A stretch of 64,000 nt of DNA from Paraspadella gotoi (Eukaryota > Animalia > Chaetognatha). Position 1 is the first letter of the stretch. Each line of letters begins with the position of its first letter. Positions 10,044-21,806 of this stretch are shown piece by piece. The stretch covers positions 14,315,694-14,379,693 of the forward strand of contig CM119267.1 in NCBI GenBank assembly GCA_051294375.1, in the 5' to 3' direction. A model generated the notes under the pieces. It searched no databases. It saw only the letters and a list, made by a program, of their open reading frames with translations, and was not told the origin of the DNA. A program made the translations under genes and the position numbers.

Positions 10044-12290
10044 ATGTCGTTGGCGTCTCGTCTCAATGGCACTGAGATCGAAATATTGACAACGGACGGT
10101 CAAGTAAAAGGCATCGTCAACCAAATAACTTTCAAACCTGGGGGCAACACTCTCGAGTCGGTTAAATCCGTGATTATTGATAACGTGTGGGACTTGACAA
10201 TGGGGGTCCACATTCACGGATTGCAAACCTTTAATGCCTCCGAGATAATTCGTTTCGTTAGCATCAGACCCTCGAATACTGAGGAAATTAACGAGGGAGG
10301 CACTCCTCCCCCAAACGATAAACCTTTGGAGAACGGCGCTGCTCCTGAGACTATGCTCAGAGTCGATGCCTTTTACATCGTGCTCGAATCGATCGGTGTC
10401 GTAGAGTTTCTTGTTGCCCTCGAAAGCATTCGTCACCAGCGTCGGATCGGAGTCTCTTTTTCCGGCTCACTACTCGGTCGTAATGGTCGCCTCGCGTACA
10501 TACAGATTGCGACAAAGGACACAGTCTTTCTCTTTGATATGATATCCCTCGGTCGCGCCGGCTTTGATCAGGGGCTGAGAGAGGTTTTCGCCAATCCCGA
10601 AATTGAGAAAGTGATGCATGATTGTCGCGCCGCCGCCGATTTTCTTAAGCATCAATACGATACTGACCTCGTTAACGTGTTCGACACGCAAGTTGCGCAG
10701 CTCCTTATTTGCTGGGATAGTGGATCACCCGCAAACATCGAGTCACTCTCGGCCACGCTGGCTTCTCATCTTCGGATTAGGGATGAGTCTGACGGCAGAG
10801 AACAATCTTCTCGTCAGGGCGAATATGGGCAAAGATTCTGCCGACGGCCTCCGAGCGAAGATCAGTTGAGATTCATGGTCAAGGAAGTTTTCTATCTCCT
10901 GTCACTTCGTCCAGTATTAGCAAAAAAACTGGCTCTGGAATTTCGCTGCGGCGTGGAAGTTTTTCTTACAAGTTTGAGAGACGCTGGCAATCTCCCTACG
11001 GAAGCCAATCGCCTGAAGCTTCCTGTGGACTTCCGTCGCATGGTTGCTGAAAAACGTGCGGATGCGACATTTTTTGATTCTCTCGATGATAATGGGCAGT
11101 TTATCGTACATCGTTTGTTGTTACGCAGCATTCCGGGCGAAAAATTAAAGAGTCATTTTGATTGCGTCAAAGCTAAAGAATTCGTGGGCAAAATTAATGT
11201 TTGCGTTAATCCGAAATCTAAGATAGCTCGTCAATTGCTGAAAAAGATGCGAATAGAAAGTGAAATGCCCAATTTGTTGCCATCAATTAATGAGCCTAAG
11301 GAGGTGCTTACTCATTATAAAACTTGCAGCAAAGATTTTTATTGAAAATAGCAATTAACACTAAGGATATTTTTGAAAACATTTTTTACGAATGTTTTGA
11401 AAAATTGTTCTTTATTACGATAATACATAATAATTAGTAAAACTGGAGAATCATTCAGATTTGAAGCGTCGGTTTTATATAATGATTAGACACCTCGATT
11501 CTACGTTATTTAGCTTATTCCTGATAATATGGTTAAAGAAACTATTAGTAATTTAGAAGATTTGCCTCCTTTGGAGAAATGCTTTTTAGAGGAATCTTAT
11601 TCTTTGCCATCCCTCGTTCCATTTTCGCCATCGTCGTCTCCGAAACGTTCAAAGACGTCGACCGTTGATACCCTAACACCCGTTAAAGACATGGGGTCAT
11701 CTAAATCCTTAATCCCGGTGGGAAATGTATCGACATACCCTTCCGAAATTCCGGCACTAAATCCGCCGCTTAAGCCGCCGCCATTCTTGGCTCAGGCTTT
11801 TTCTAAACCCGCTGTTCATTTACATTCAATTTCAAAACGTCGACCTAAGATTTGTTGTCCCGCCGGGAGAGAATACTTAAAATGTCAGCCGCAACAGCGA
11901 CAACAAGAGATGTCGGATCCCTCCGCGTCGACCGACGAATGGAGAGAAGCAGATAATTTTACTGTCCCTACATCGCGACTTGACCAAGATCTCAGTACGC
12001 AGCGACGTCTTAGAAAAGTAAAAGCATTGGAAGAACTATATCGAAATTGTTATCTTGATGATTCACTTGAAGCGCGTATCTCCGCCGATTTTCCTGTCTC
12101 TTCTTCGTCCTCTACTCTTGAGATAGCCGCCGAAGGTCGTTTGGCAACTCCAGAGGGTTTCCACGATGTGGAATCCTGGGAAGAAGCAGTTCAAATAAAT
12201 GAGAGGCCCCTCTTAACGCCGGCATCGTCCAATGATTTTGTTACTGATTTCTCTGTAATTCCCCGACCAACCTTCATTTGGCCATGTTGA
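10044..12290 (+). CDS. EXD1: piRNA biogenesis protein EXD1 (Lsm-like N-terminal domain plus degenerate DEDDy-type exonuclease domain)
   Basis: GRNGRLAYIQIATKDTVFLFD and KVMHDCR..DFLKHQY...NVFDTQVA in 10044-11345. ORF 11514-12290 can be joined in phase 0 through an intron at 11304-11513 (weak GAG|GTGCTT donor). Otherwise it is a separate gene and EXD1 ends at 11345. Confidence 0.8.
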
Positions 12291-13104
12291 TTGTTGAATG
12301 TATTTGCTAGATTAAGTATATAATAAAAATAGATATCCTGAAATACAAAAGTAAAGTTAGATATAAAAAGTAAAATACGACAGTAAAATTTAGCCCAATT
12401 GGCATTAGTCCGTCCACTGTAGAGAGACTGTAGTTATTCAGAATATTTGTTTTGAATAGGGAAAACTGCATTCGGTCTTTTTATATCGAGCATAAGGATG
12501 AAATTACGTTCTTCTTGCGTTATTCTTATTTTGTTTTGTTACCGTTCTTTTGCAAGGGCTTCGTTTATCATGTTAGCTCATTTTTTGTTCTCTACGGTTT
12601 TTATCGATTGACATTATTAGACAAGTTCCTCATTAATCTGTAGATTTTTGTTATCTTCAAGAGGCCCTGGGAAATTGATGATTTTTTTTCTCTTATTTCT
12701 TCTGTTCCTACTCAATCGCTATATGTCAGTTAGTCATTAGTTCGGGCATTACAAAATATATAACTTTTTTTCTCGAGAAACCGTTAAGTTTACATGGCAT
12801 GTAAGTTATTCTAAATTTAATTAAAAGAAACATTTTTGAGCAAAAATATATTCTAAGATTATTATCTACATACGTATCTGAAACTGTACCTAGAAACGAA
12901 AACTGTAGTGCACAGGATTTGCTTTACTGGTTTTTGTGGTCATTTAAATTTATTTGGCTATACAAGGAGATCTTTCCTTTTTTACTAACTTATATGATGA
13001 CATAATTTATGTTGAGTAGATTTTGCTACGTTATCTTTACTTTTTGTTACATTAAAAGTTTTGTTTTTTGATATTTCTAGCTCGGACAGAATATTAGAGT
13101 ACAA

Positions 13105-14701
13105 ATGGCGGAAACTTTGATTGCTCGGGGCTCCCTAAACTCCGTTTGCCATGACATATCTCCCCTGATCGGCGAAGAAGAATCAGTGACCGTCACCGAT
13201 CGGGAGTTAGACAATTTCGGGATTGAAACATCGACGCAACCAGTCAATTCGGCCGCCGCCGAGGCCGCTAGTATTTCAAACCCAGAATCCTCTACTTACC
13301 GCCTCACCTTACTTCGGTGGATATTTGGGTTTTGCCTCACCTTTGCTGGCGTTTCGCTCAACGTGACCACCCCGATTTACACGCTCGTCATTTCGGAAAA
13401 AAGCGACATCATCCTTATCAACGTACTCATCACTTTCTGGTGTTCAATTGTCTTTTTTCTCTGCTGGTCATTGCAGCAGCTCGTCACGGGACAGCGAGTC
13501 TACCTTCGACCAAAATCCGCCACTTTCTTCACCTTTGCTGTTCTCTCGGGATCTTCCAGCATTAGCAGCATTCTTATCACTTTCTCCATGTTGCCATCGA
13601 GAACGCCCAAGTTTCTTCAGGCAATCCTTTGCAACGGCTCACTTGTATTCGCTACAATCATCCGCAAATTTCTGTTAAAGAAGGGAGTCAGCGTGCGGAG
13701 GATTGTCTGCCTCGGGGTTGTGCTGTTGGGACTTTTCATCGCCGCCGAACCTTCTATATTTAATCTGCCTATGAGAGAGAAAAGGGCCCGCAATCTGACG
13801 AACGACTTTAGGCCGGACGTAATTATCGCTTCGCACGCGGTTCAAACAATACAGCTTACTTCGAAGCAAACTCCCTCCGGTAGTATTTTTCTTAAAATTC
13901 TCGATATTTCTTATCTCAAAATTTCAACGTTAATTAGTACAATTGCGTCATTTTTTAGGTTTTATCGATCTCTTTAGTTTCCTTTTTTCTAAAGTTGCGA
14001 CCGGTTTCATTAAGATTTCATAATCCATTTTAAAGCTTAATAATTAAACGGTACTCGGTTTTGCTTTAGCTCAAAGCGACCATTTCTCGTCGTCGGATTC
14101 TTCTCATTCTTACGCCGCTGGCTTTTGGTCGGTCATGCTGCTTCTCTCCAACATACCCGCAGGACTCGGCTGGGTCTTGTACGAGCGCGAGTCTCAGCGC
14201 CAACCCCACGAAGCTTTCCTGATCTCATGCTTTTCAAACGCCGGGGCCTGTCTATGGACTCTGGCTTTGTTTTGGCTGGATATACTTCCCGGCTTCGGGC
14301 AATCAAAATCGGCTTCACAGTTTTGGATTCGTTTTACGGAGGGTCTCCGATGTCACTACGCGCCTTCGTCTTTTCCCGGTTCCGAGTGCCACTTGACGCA
14401 GTGGTTGCTCTTCGCCGAGGTTTCATCCTACGGGTGTTTCATGGGTTTCCAGGTCCTGCTAATGGCCATTAGCGAGGGTGGCTCCATATTCTCGCTGATT
14501 GTCTCGAATCTGAGCGTACCCCTGACGTCTATTTTCTGGCTGTTATTTGATTATCAATTAAATTCGGGTATTTTTTGGTCCCCCTTTATCTCGCTCACTG
14601 CCGTGTTTCCCGTTGTTGGATTTTCCATCATGCTCCCGGCGGTGTTTTTGTTTACCTTAATTGGCCAATGGGAAAATAAGGTGTTATTTGATTCTTTATG
14701 A
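13105..14701 (+). CDS. CRT-like (chloroquine resistance transporter homolog, DMT superfamily) membrane transporter
   Basis: Exons 13105-13879 and 14070-14701 join in frame across a GT-AG intron. About 10 hydrophobic helices; SRTPKFLQAIL...RKFLLKK motif. Acceptor gatatttctag ends at 13080. Confidence 0.75.
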
Positions 14702-14909
14702 TCTGCTATATCTCTCCCAATTAACTATGTAGATTTTGCACCACCAAAGCGTTATTATTTGTTTTGTTATTTTTTTTCATCACCGGTGATAGGTTCTGCA
14801 AACTTCGTTTCCTTTCAACTATTTAAGTTTTTAACGGTTTTTATTTATATTACTTATTACACAATCACAATTTTTTATGTTAATTTTTTTTATTCCAAGG
14901 ACCACAAAT

Positions 14910-17900
14910 ATGGCGTTGATCATAGATCTCCAGCAGTTAAACATTTATTTAATGGATAAGAGCTATTTATTGGACGCGTATTTCCCCTCGCAATCCGACG
15001 CCATTCTGTGGAAAAACTTGAGTCATCGAGAAAACGAATTAAAGGACTTTCCTCATACCTGGCGATGGTTTAGTCACATTTCCTCATTTTCGGAAAATGA
15101 AAAAATGGCGTTTCCTGGCAACCATCAATTGGATCACGTTCTTCAGCTGATCTCGGGGTAAGATTTTTTTATTCCAAAACTTAATTTAGGTAATCCGCTA
15201 AATAATTCTATTAATAATAATATTTAACCTTTTTTTTTTCAGCTTTGAAGCGTCGACAATTCAACTTGAAGGGAGCACAAAAGAAAAAAGGGAGCAAACG
15301 AAGCAGCCTAAAATAATTGAAGCTCCAATTTCGTCTTCGGGTGAAAAGACGAAAGAGCAACTGAAGAAGGAAGCAGCCGAGAAGAAAAAGCAGGAAAAGT
15401 TAGCGAAATTTCAGGCCAAGCAGGAGAAACTGAAACAGTGCAAGGGAGGTACGGCCGAAGAAAAGAAGGAGAAAAAGGAGAAGAAAGGCAAAGAAAGCGA
15501 GAAAGTGGCCGTCGTTTACGACAGCGATACGAAAGATGGCGAAAAGAAGGACGTCGACCGGCCATTGCCCGACGCCTACGACCCCAAGTACGTCGAGGCC
15601 GCTTGGTACTCGTGGTGGGAAAAGAGCGGATTCTTCTGTCCTGAATACGGGCGGCGCAGCATCGACGATCCTAATCCGAAGGGAACGTTCATGATGGTCA
15701 TTCCTCCGCCCAACGTCACCGGGTCCCTGCACATCGGGCATGCCCTGACCAATGCCGTTCAGGACGCGCTGACGAGGTTGTGTGCGCGCCAAATAATATT
15801 CTTAATTGAGAAATAGTACGTAGAAACATCATGAGATTTTCACGATAAAGGTGGCATCGGATGCGCGGGGAAACAACTCTGTGGAATCCAGGTTGTGATC
15901 ACGCCGGGATCGCCACGCAGGCAAGTATTCTTTGTTAATTAGGGAGATAAAAACTGAAAAAAATCAAATTTTTTTTAATTAGATGGTGGTGGAAAAGCGG
16001 CTAAAACGCACAGAGAATTTGTCACGGCACGACATCGGCCGGGAAAAATTTGTGCAGTTAGCCCACCAGTGGAAGGATCAATACGAAGCCAAGATCTATA
16101 ACCAACTCAAGCGCCTAGGGTCGTCTTACGATTGGAATAGAGCTGCCTTCACAATGGAGCCAAAGGTATTATTTTTTTCATTTGAAGTTTTTAACAGAAT
16201 TATTATGTGTATTTGTATCTAGTTGTACGGTACTAATATTTGTACGATTGAAAAAGTTTTATTTATTATTTAGCTGTATCGTGCCGTAATCGAAGCCTTC
16301 GTCAGACTCCACGAAGACGGAACCATTTTTCGAGGCAATCGACTCATTAACTGGTCGTGTACGCTGCAGTCGGCGATATCAGATATCGAGGTAGATAAGA
16401 TTGAGCTTCCTGGGCGCACTTTGCTATCCGTACCCGGCTACGAGAACAAGGTCGAATTTGGCGTGCTCGTCTCTTTCGCTTATAAGGTGAGTCGCGTTGA
16501 TAATTGGACCATAAAACTCTTAACTTAATCGTAACTTTTTTATAATTAGTTAGAGGAGTCGGACGACGAAATAGTCGTGGCCACCACTCGTATAGAAACT
16601 ATGTTGGGAGATACTGCCGTAGCTGTACATCCTGAGGTAAGGACTGATATTTTCGGAAGCTTTGAAGACTGAATCTAATTTTAAGATTAAATCTTTACTT
16701 CGAGGATCCGCGTTATAGTAAATTTCACGGGAAACACGTGATTCATCCTTTTCTGGAGCGACGGCTTCCTATTGTCCTCGATTCTTTCGTTGAGCGCGAC
16801 TTTGGAACTGGAGCAGTGAAGATTACACCCGCCCACGACCCCAACGATTACGACGTCGGAAAGAGGTTTGTTAGCTACTACAAAGTTAACTTTGTCTTTG
16901 GTGTAAAAAAAATTGAATCCTTTAACTCTTTTTAGGCATAACCTAACCTTTTTGACAATCATGACGGACAAAGGATTCATGACTGAGGACTGCGGGGAAT
17001 TTGCAGGGATGAAGCGATTCGACGCCAGAATCAAAGTCCTCGAAGCTCTCAAGAAAAAGGGTCTTTATCGAGGAACGCAGGATAATCCTATGATAGTGCC
17101 AATCTGCAACAGGTTCGGATCCTGACTCCTTCAGGGTAAATTAAAAAAAAACAAACTATTATTCGGTTTGTTTTGGTCAGATCGAAGGACGTCGTTGAGC
17201 CTCTGATAAAACCTCAATGGTTCGTCAAGTGCGACGAGATGGCAGAAGACGCCAAAAATATCGTGGCGGTGGGAAATATTAGGATCATACCGGATATGTA
17301 TCTAAAAACGTGGAATACATGGTGACTAATTTTGCAAATAATTAGTTTACGTTAATAAATTATACGGAATTAATTAAATTTAGGTTAAACAACATTCGCG
17401 ATTGGTGTATCTCCCGCCAACTGTGGTGGGGTCACCGAATTCCGGCTTACTTTGTGACAATCAATGACGCGAACGCACCTCAAGGTCGCTCAGAAGACGG
17501 AGAGTTTTGGGTCTCGGGAAGAGACGAGGCTGAGGCCATGGAAAAGGCGGTCAAAAAGTTTGGTTATCCCAAAGATAAGATTTCACTCAATCAAGACCCA
17601 GACGTGTTGGACACTTGGTTTTCGTCTGGCTTGTTTCCTTTTTCCATCTTTGGCTGGCCCGACAAGACCGAGGATTTGACTCGATTTTATCCAGGTGATT
17701 AAGTGTGATTTAAAAAAATATTATAAATTTAGTTCTCAGGCAATGTTCAATGTTCAATTTGACTGCGATGTAAATTTTTTTATCAGGTTCCCTCCTTGAA
17801 ACGGGCTACGACATCATCTTTTTCTGGGTAGCTCGAATGGTCTTTTTTGGACGAAAACTCATGGGAGACGTTCCTTTTAGAGAAATCTATCTTCATTCCA

Positions 17901-19141
17901 TGGTTCGCGACGCTCATGGTCGCAAAATGTCCAAATCGCTCGGTAACGTCATCGATCCTTTAGATGTGATCGCAGGCATTTCCCTCGAGGGTCTCCATCA
18001 ACAGCTGATAGGCGGGAATCTCGATCCTAAAGAAGTGGAAAAGGCGAAAAAGGGCCAGATTGAGGATTATCCCAACGGAATCCCCGAATGCGGGGCCGAC
18101 GCATTGCGTTTCGCTCTCTGCGCCTACATGTCGCACGGGCGTGACATTAATTTGGACGTATTGCGCGTTCAAGGCTACAGATTTTTTTGCAATAAGCTTT
18201 GGAACGCAACCAAATTTGCGCTAATCAGCCTCGGTCGAGATTTTCGCCCCACCCAGGAAGTGGAAAACGACGGTTCTAAATCATTAATGGACCGGTGGAT
18301 TCTCAGCAAATTAGCCAGGGCCATCTATGCCTGCGAGCAGGGATTCAAAGCCTATGATTTCCCATCCGTCACTACCGCTTGCTATAATTTCTGGCTCTAT
18401 GAACTTTGCGACGTTTATCTGGAGTGCCTGAAACCCATCTTCCAATGCGGCGATGAAGCGAGCGCTACTGCGGCGCGTCAAACTCTTTACACTTGTCTCG
18501 ACGCTGGACTACGACTCATCTCGCCATTCATGCCTTTCGTCACGGAAGAGTTGTGGCAGCGCTTGCCGCGAAGAAATCCCGCAACCGACCCTCCATCGAT
18601 TTGCGTTGCTCCTTACCCGGAGAGCGACCACGCGGAAGCCAGCAACGTCGATACCAAGATCGAGAACGAAGTGGAACTGGCGTTGGCGGTAGTACGTTCT
18701 ATTCGGTCCACTAGGTCCGACTACAATCTGGTTCCTAAACAGAAGACGGAAGTCTTGCTCAATTGTGACAACTCCCCGCTCGTCGATCTACTGTTCGGTT
18801 TTAAAGTTTGGATCGACACTCTGGCGTCGTCTAATGTCAGTATTGGCATTGGTTCAGAGGCGCCGGCGGGGGCCGCCGTTGCCACTGTCAACGACAAAGT
18901 GTCAGCCTTCGTTGTGCTCAAGGGTGTCGTGGACGCCGCCAAAGAGATCTGCAAGCTGGAGAAGAAGCGAGAGGAATTAACGAAAGCATTGGCCAAGTTG
19001 AGGGAGGTAGCTGCTCAGGACGGATACGAAACAAAAGTGCCTGAAGTTGTGAGAAAAGAGAAGGCGGAAAAGATGGAACAATTGGTGGGGGAGATTAAAA
19101 CAATCGACCATGGAATTCCGCTTTTGAAAAAAATGCTTTGA
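14910..19141 (+). CDS. VARS1: Cytosolic valyl-tRNA synthetase with N-terminal EF1-beta-like GST-C domain
   Basis: [42 protein letters not shown]. In-frame exons: 14910-15157, 15243-15776, 15851-15920, 15983-16165, 16274-16486, 16550-16636, 16705-16865, 16936-17112, 17181-17322, 17384-17694, 17787-19141. Confidence 0.95.
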
Positions 19142-19238
19142 ATGTTGGTTAAGTTTCTAGATAAAATAACTGTTAAGTTACTATAATTCGTTTTATAATT
19201 GTTTTGGTATTTTATAAAAGGCAGGAACGACGACAAAA

Positions 19239-20282
19239 ATGCGTTTGACTGGAGCGTTTTTCTCTTCCTTCCGGGCACTGGTTGTGCCGGGACCGAAGCT
19301 TCCTGCTTCTGTTGAGACTTTGAGTCGGGATAAACTTCCGAAGGAATCGACGGTGAAGCAATCCCCCGGCTCCTGCGACACTCTCGTCGAAGTAAAGTAT
19401 TCCAACATAAACTACAAAGATGCGATGGTTGTAACAGGAAAGTATAAAGGTTTGTCTCGACCCTACACCGCCGGGATCGACCTCGTTGGTGTTGTGAAGG
19501 AAACTAGCTCTTCCAACTTCGCTAAAGGCCAAAAAGTTCTGCTCAATGGTTGGGGCATCGGAACGGATCACGACGGAGGCTACGCCCAAGAGGCTTCCGT
19601 AAAGTCCGACTGGCTCTTACCCCTTCCCACCAGTTTGTCCGAAATTGACGCAGCGCGTATCGGGACGGCGGGTTATACGTCTATGCTCTGTGTCTTGGCT
19701 CTGGAAAAGGGCGGTCTGATGCCTAATAATGGACCAGTGGTGGTCACTGGCGCTACCGGCGGAGTTGGATCTGTTGCCATCGCTATTCTTTCCAAGCTGG
19801 GCTATGAAGTCTTAGCTTTAACGGGAAAGAAAAGCGAAGAATCTTACCTTAAATCCATTGGTGCCTCTTCACTGCTCATTAGGTCCGACTACAGTGCGGA
19901 AAAACCAACGCCTTTGGGAAAAGAGACCTTTGCTGGCGTCGTCGACGCCGTGGGAGGCGTCGTCGTCTCCAATCTCCTCCCGCTAGTCAAATATAATGGA
20001 GGAGTCGCCTGTTGCGGCTTAGCCTCTGGCCCATCCCTTAACACTACCGTCATGCCGTTGATTTTGCGTGGCGTCTCAATTCACGGCATCGAATCCGTGT
20101 ACGCTGAAAAAGAGCGGAGGGTGGAGGCATATGCTAGGCTGGCTCAGGATTTGAACTTGGATACGTTGAAGGCCATCGGGCGTAACGAGCAAATCGTTGG
20201 TTTAGGAGAAGTTGTGGAAGTTGCGAAAAAAATGATGGCCGGCGAAGTAATGGGTCGCTTTGTGGTTGACGTCAATAAGTGA
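19239..20282 (+). CDS. acuI: Acryloyl-CoA reductase AcuI / YhdH-YhfP family MDR oxidoreductase (bacterial-type)
   Basis: YSNINYKD, GIDLVGVV, VLLNGWGIG..HDGGYAQ.A.VKSDWL.PLP, IGTAGYTSMLCVLALE, VVVTGATGGVGSVA, GVVDAVGG, CGLA.G..L.TTVMPLILRGV...GIESVY, GRFVVDVN. Intronless. Confidence 0.88.
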   Translation: MRLTGAFFSSFRALVVPGPKLPASVETLSRDKLPKESTVKQSPGSCDTLVEVKYSNINYKDAMVVTGKYKGLSRPYTAGIDLVGVVKETSSSNFAKGQKVLLNGWGIGTDHDGGYAQEASVKSDWLLPLPTSLSEIDAARIGTAGYTSMLCVLALEKGGLMPNNGPVVVTGATGGVGSVAIAILSKLGYEVLALTGKKSEESYLKSIGASSLLIRSDYSAEKPTPLGKETFAGVVDAVGGVVVSNLLPLVKYNGGVACCGLASGPSLNTTVMPLILRGVSIHGIESVYAEKERRVEAYARLAQDLNLDTLKAIGRNEQIVGLGEVVEVAKKMMAGEVMGRFVVDVNK

Positions 20283-20474
20283 TATTATTTTTTAGTCAAA
20301 TGAGTTAAATTTACTTTTCAGTGATTTTATTTTTTGGGATTTCTTGCATTTTGTCTATAACATTTATTAATTACATTATTATTATTATTATTATTATTAT
20401 TTTCCAAATCCATTTTACACATTTTTCCATGTAAACTAATTACAAATGAAACCATTAATGCATTTTCAGTAAAA

Positions 20475-21760
20475 ATGGATGTGTTACGACCTCCACTTAT
20501 ACATTTGAACGGAATATGCTATCGCAAAAACCCAAAAACTTTGATAAGCTTTAAAACCGACGATGACGATGACATGGCGGGAGAATTCTGCAATTATTCT
20601 ACGAATTCTTGTCAAGTAATTATGCTTTGTTTTGAGAATTCGTCGTTTTCAGGGTTTTCACCGCGCTAAGTATAATGGAATTTGTGCGTTCGTTAGCATA
20701 CTTTCCTATACAACTTTCCTTGAGTTTGCCTACTATTTAAATGTGACTATTTAGGAGGAGCCGTGCGATGCTGGTTTTAATCTAGAAGAAACCGCCCAAG
20801 GTTTTAAACTTTCTATTCACGTGGCGGCGGCCTATTTCAAATTTCTCATCGGCGCTCGGGGTCAGATGAAGAAGAGGCTAGAGATGGAGACAAGGACTCA
20901 AATTCGAATCCCGCGTCAAGGAAACGAAGGGGACGTGCATGTTCTTGGCGCCGAGAGGCGAGGAGTTGTTTCCGCGGGCACGCGTATCCTCCTCATCGTC
21001 GACGGCGCCAAAAAGAAGCTGCCGTTCACTCACTTTGTATCCTTTCCTTTGAACGCGCGCGACATGCAAGACCGGTTCGCCGAATTCAAATCGGACGTTC
21101 TTAGGTGAGGTTTTGAATCACATTGCCTATTGTTTTCTGCTCAAGTCAACTCTACCCAGTAACTGTAAGGGATTGCGACGACGACCGAGGAATCGACTTC
21201 TCCATTTTCCAACACCCTGCCAAAATTCACTTGACCATCGGCACACTGGTTCTGATGGATGAAGACGAGGTTAACGAGGCTCGCGAGGCGATGCGCTGGT
21301 GTTGTGAGGAAATCGTGTCTCCTCTGCTGAAGGGCGAAGGGCTGCGAGTCGACATTCGCGGCCTCGAATACATGAACGACGACCCTAGCGAAGTTGACGT
21401 GCTATATGCGGAAATCCATTCCTTTGATGGAAGCGACAAATTGCAGGTATCATTCGTTTAAATGGATGTTTGCGATCTACAGGGGTGGGACCATATATCG
21501 AGACAAAACTTAACGTCCTGCCCTGTATGAACGATTTGAGATACAATAATAAAATAGGTACCAAAAGATTTTTCTGTCTTTTTACTTTCATATGCAATGA
21601 AACAATAACAAATTTTAAATAACTGCAGGGCATTGTGGATGTTTTCAAATCATTTTGTCATTTTTATACGCGCACCTTACATTGTATAGTATAAAAGCCA
21701 TACTTGTTAATATTTTTCAGTGGAATTTTCTGAATATGAGTGGTTAAGGCGGGCCAAAAT

Positions 21761-21806
<46 letters not shown>

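Noticed and set aside
19239-20282. Bacterial contamination as the source of the acuI-like ORF
   Set aside because: It is contiguous with intron-containing animal genes on both sides, with host-type AT-rich spacers and acceptor, no gap and no neighbouring bacterial genes.
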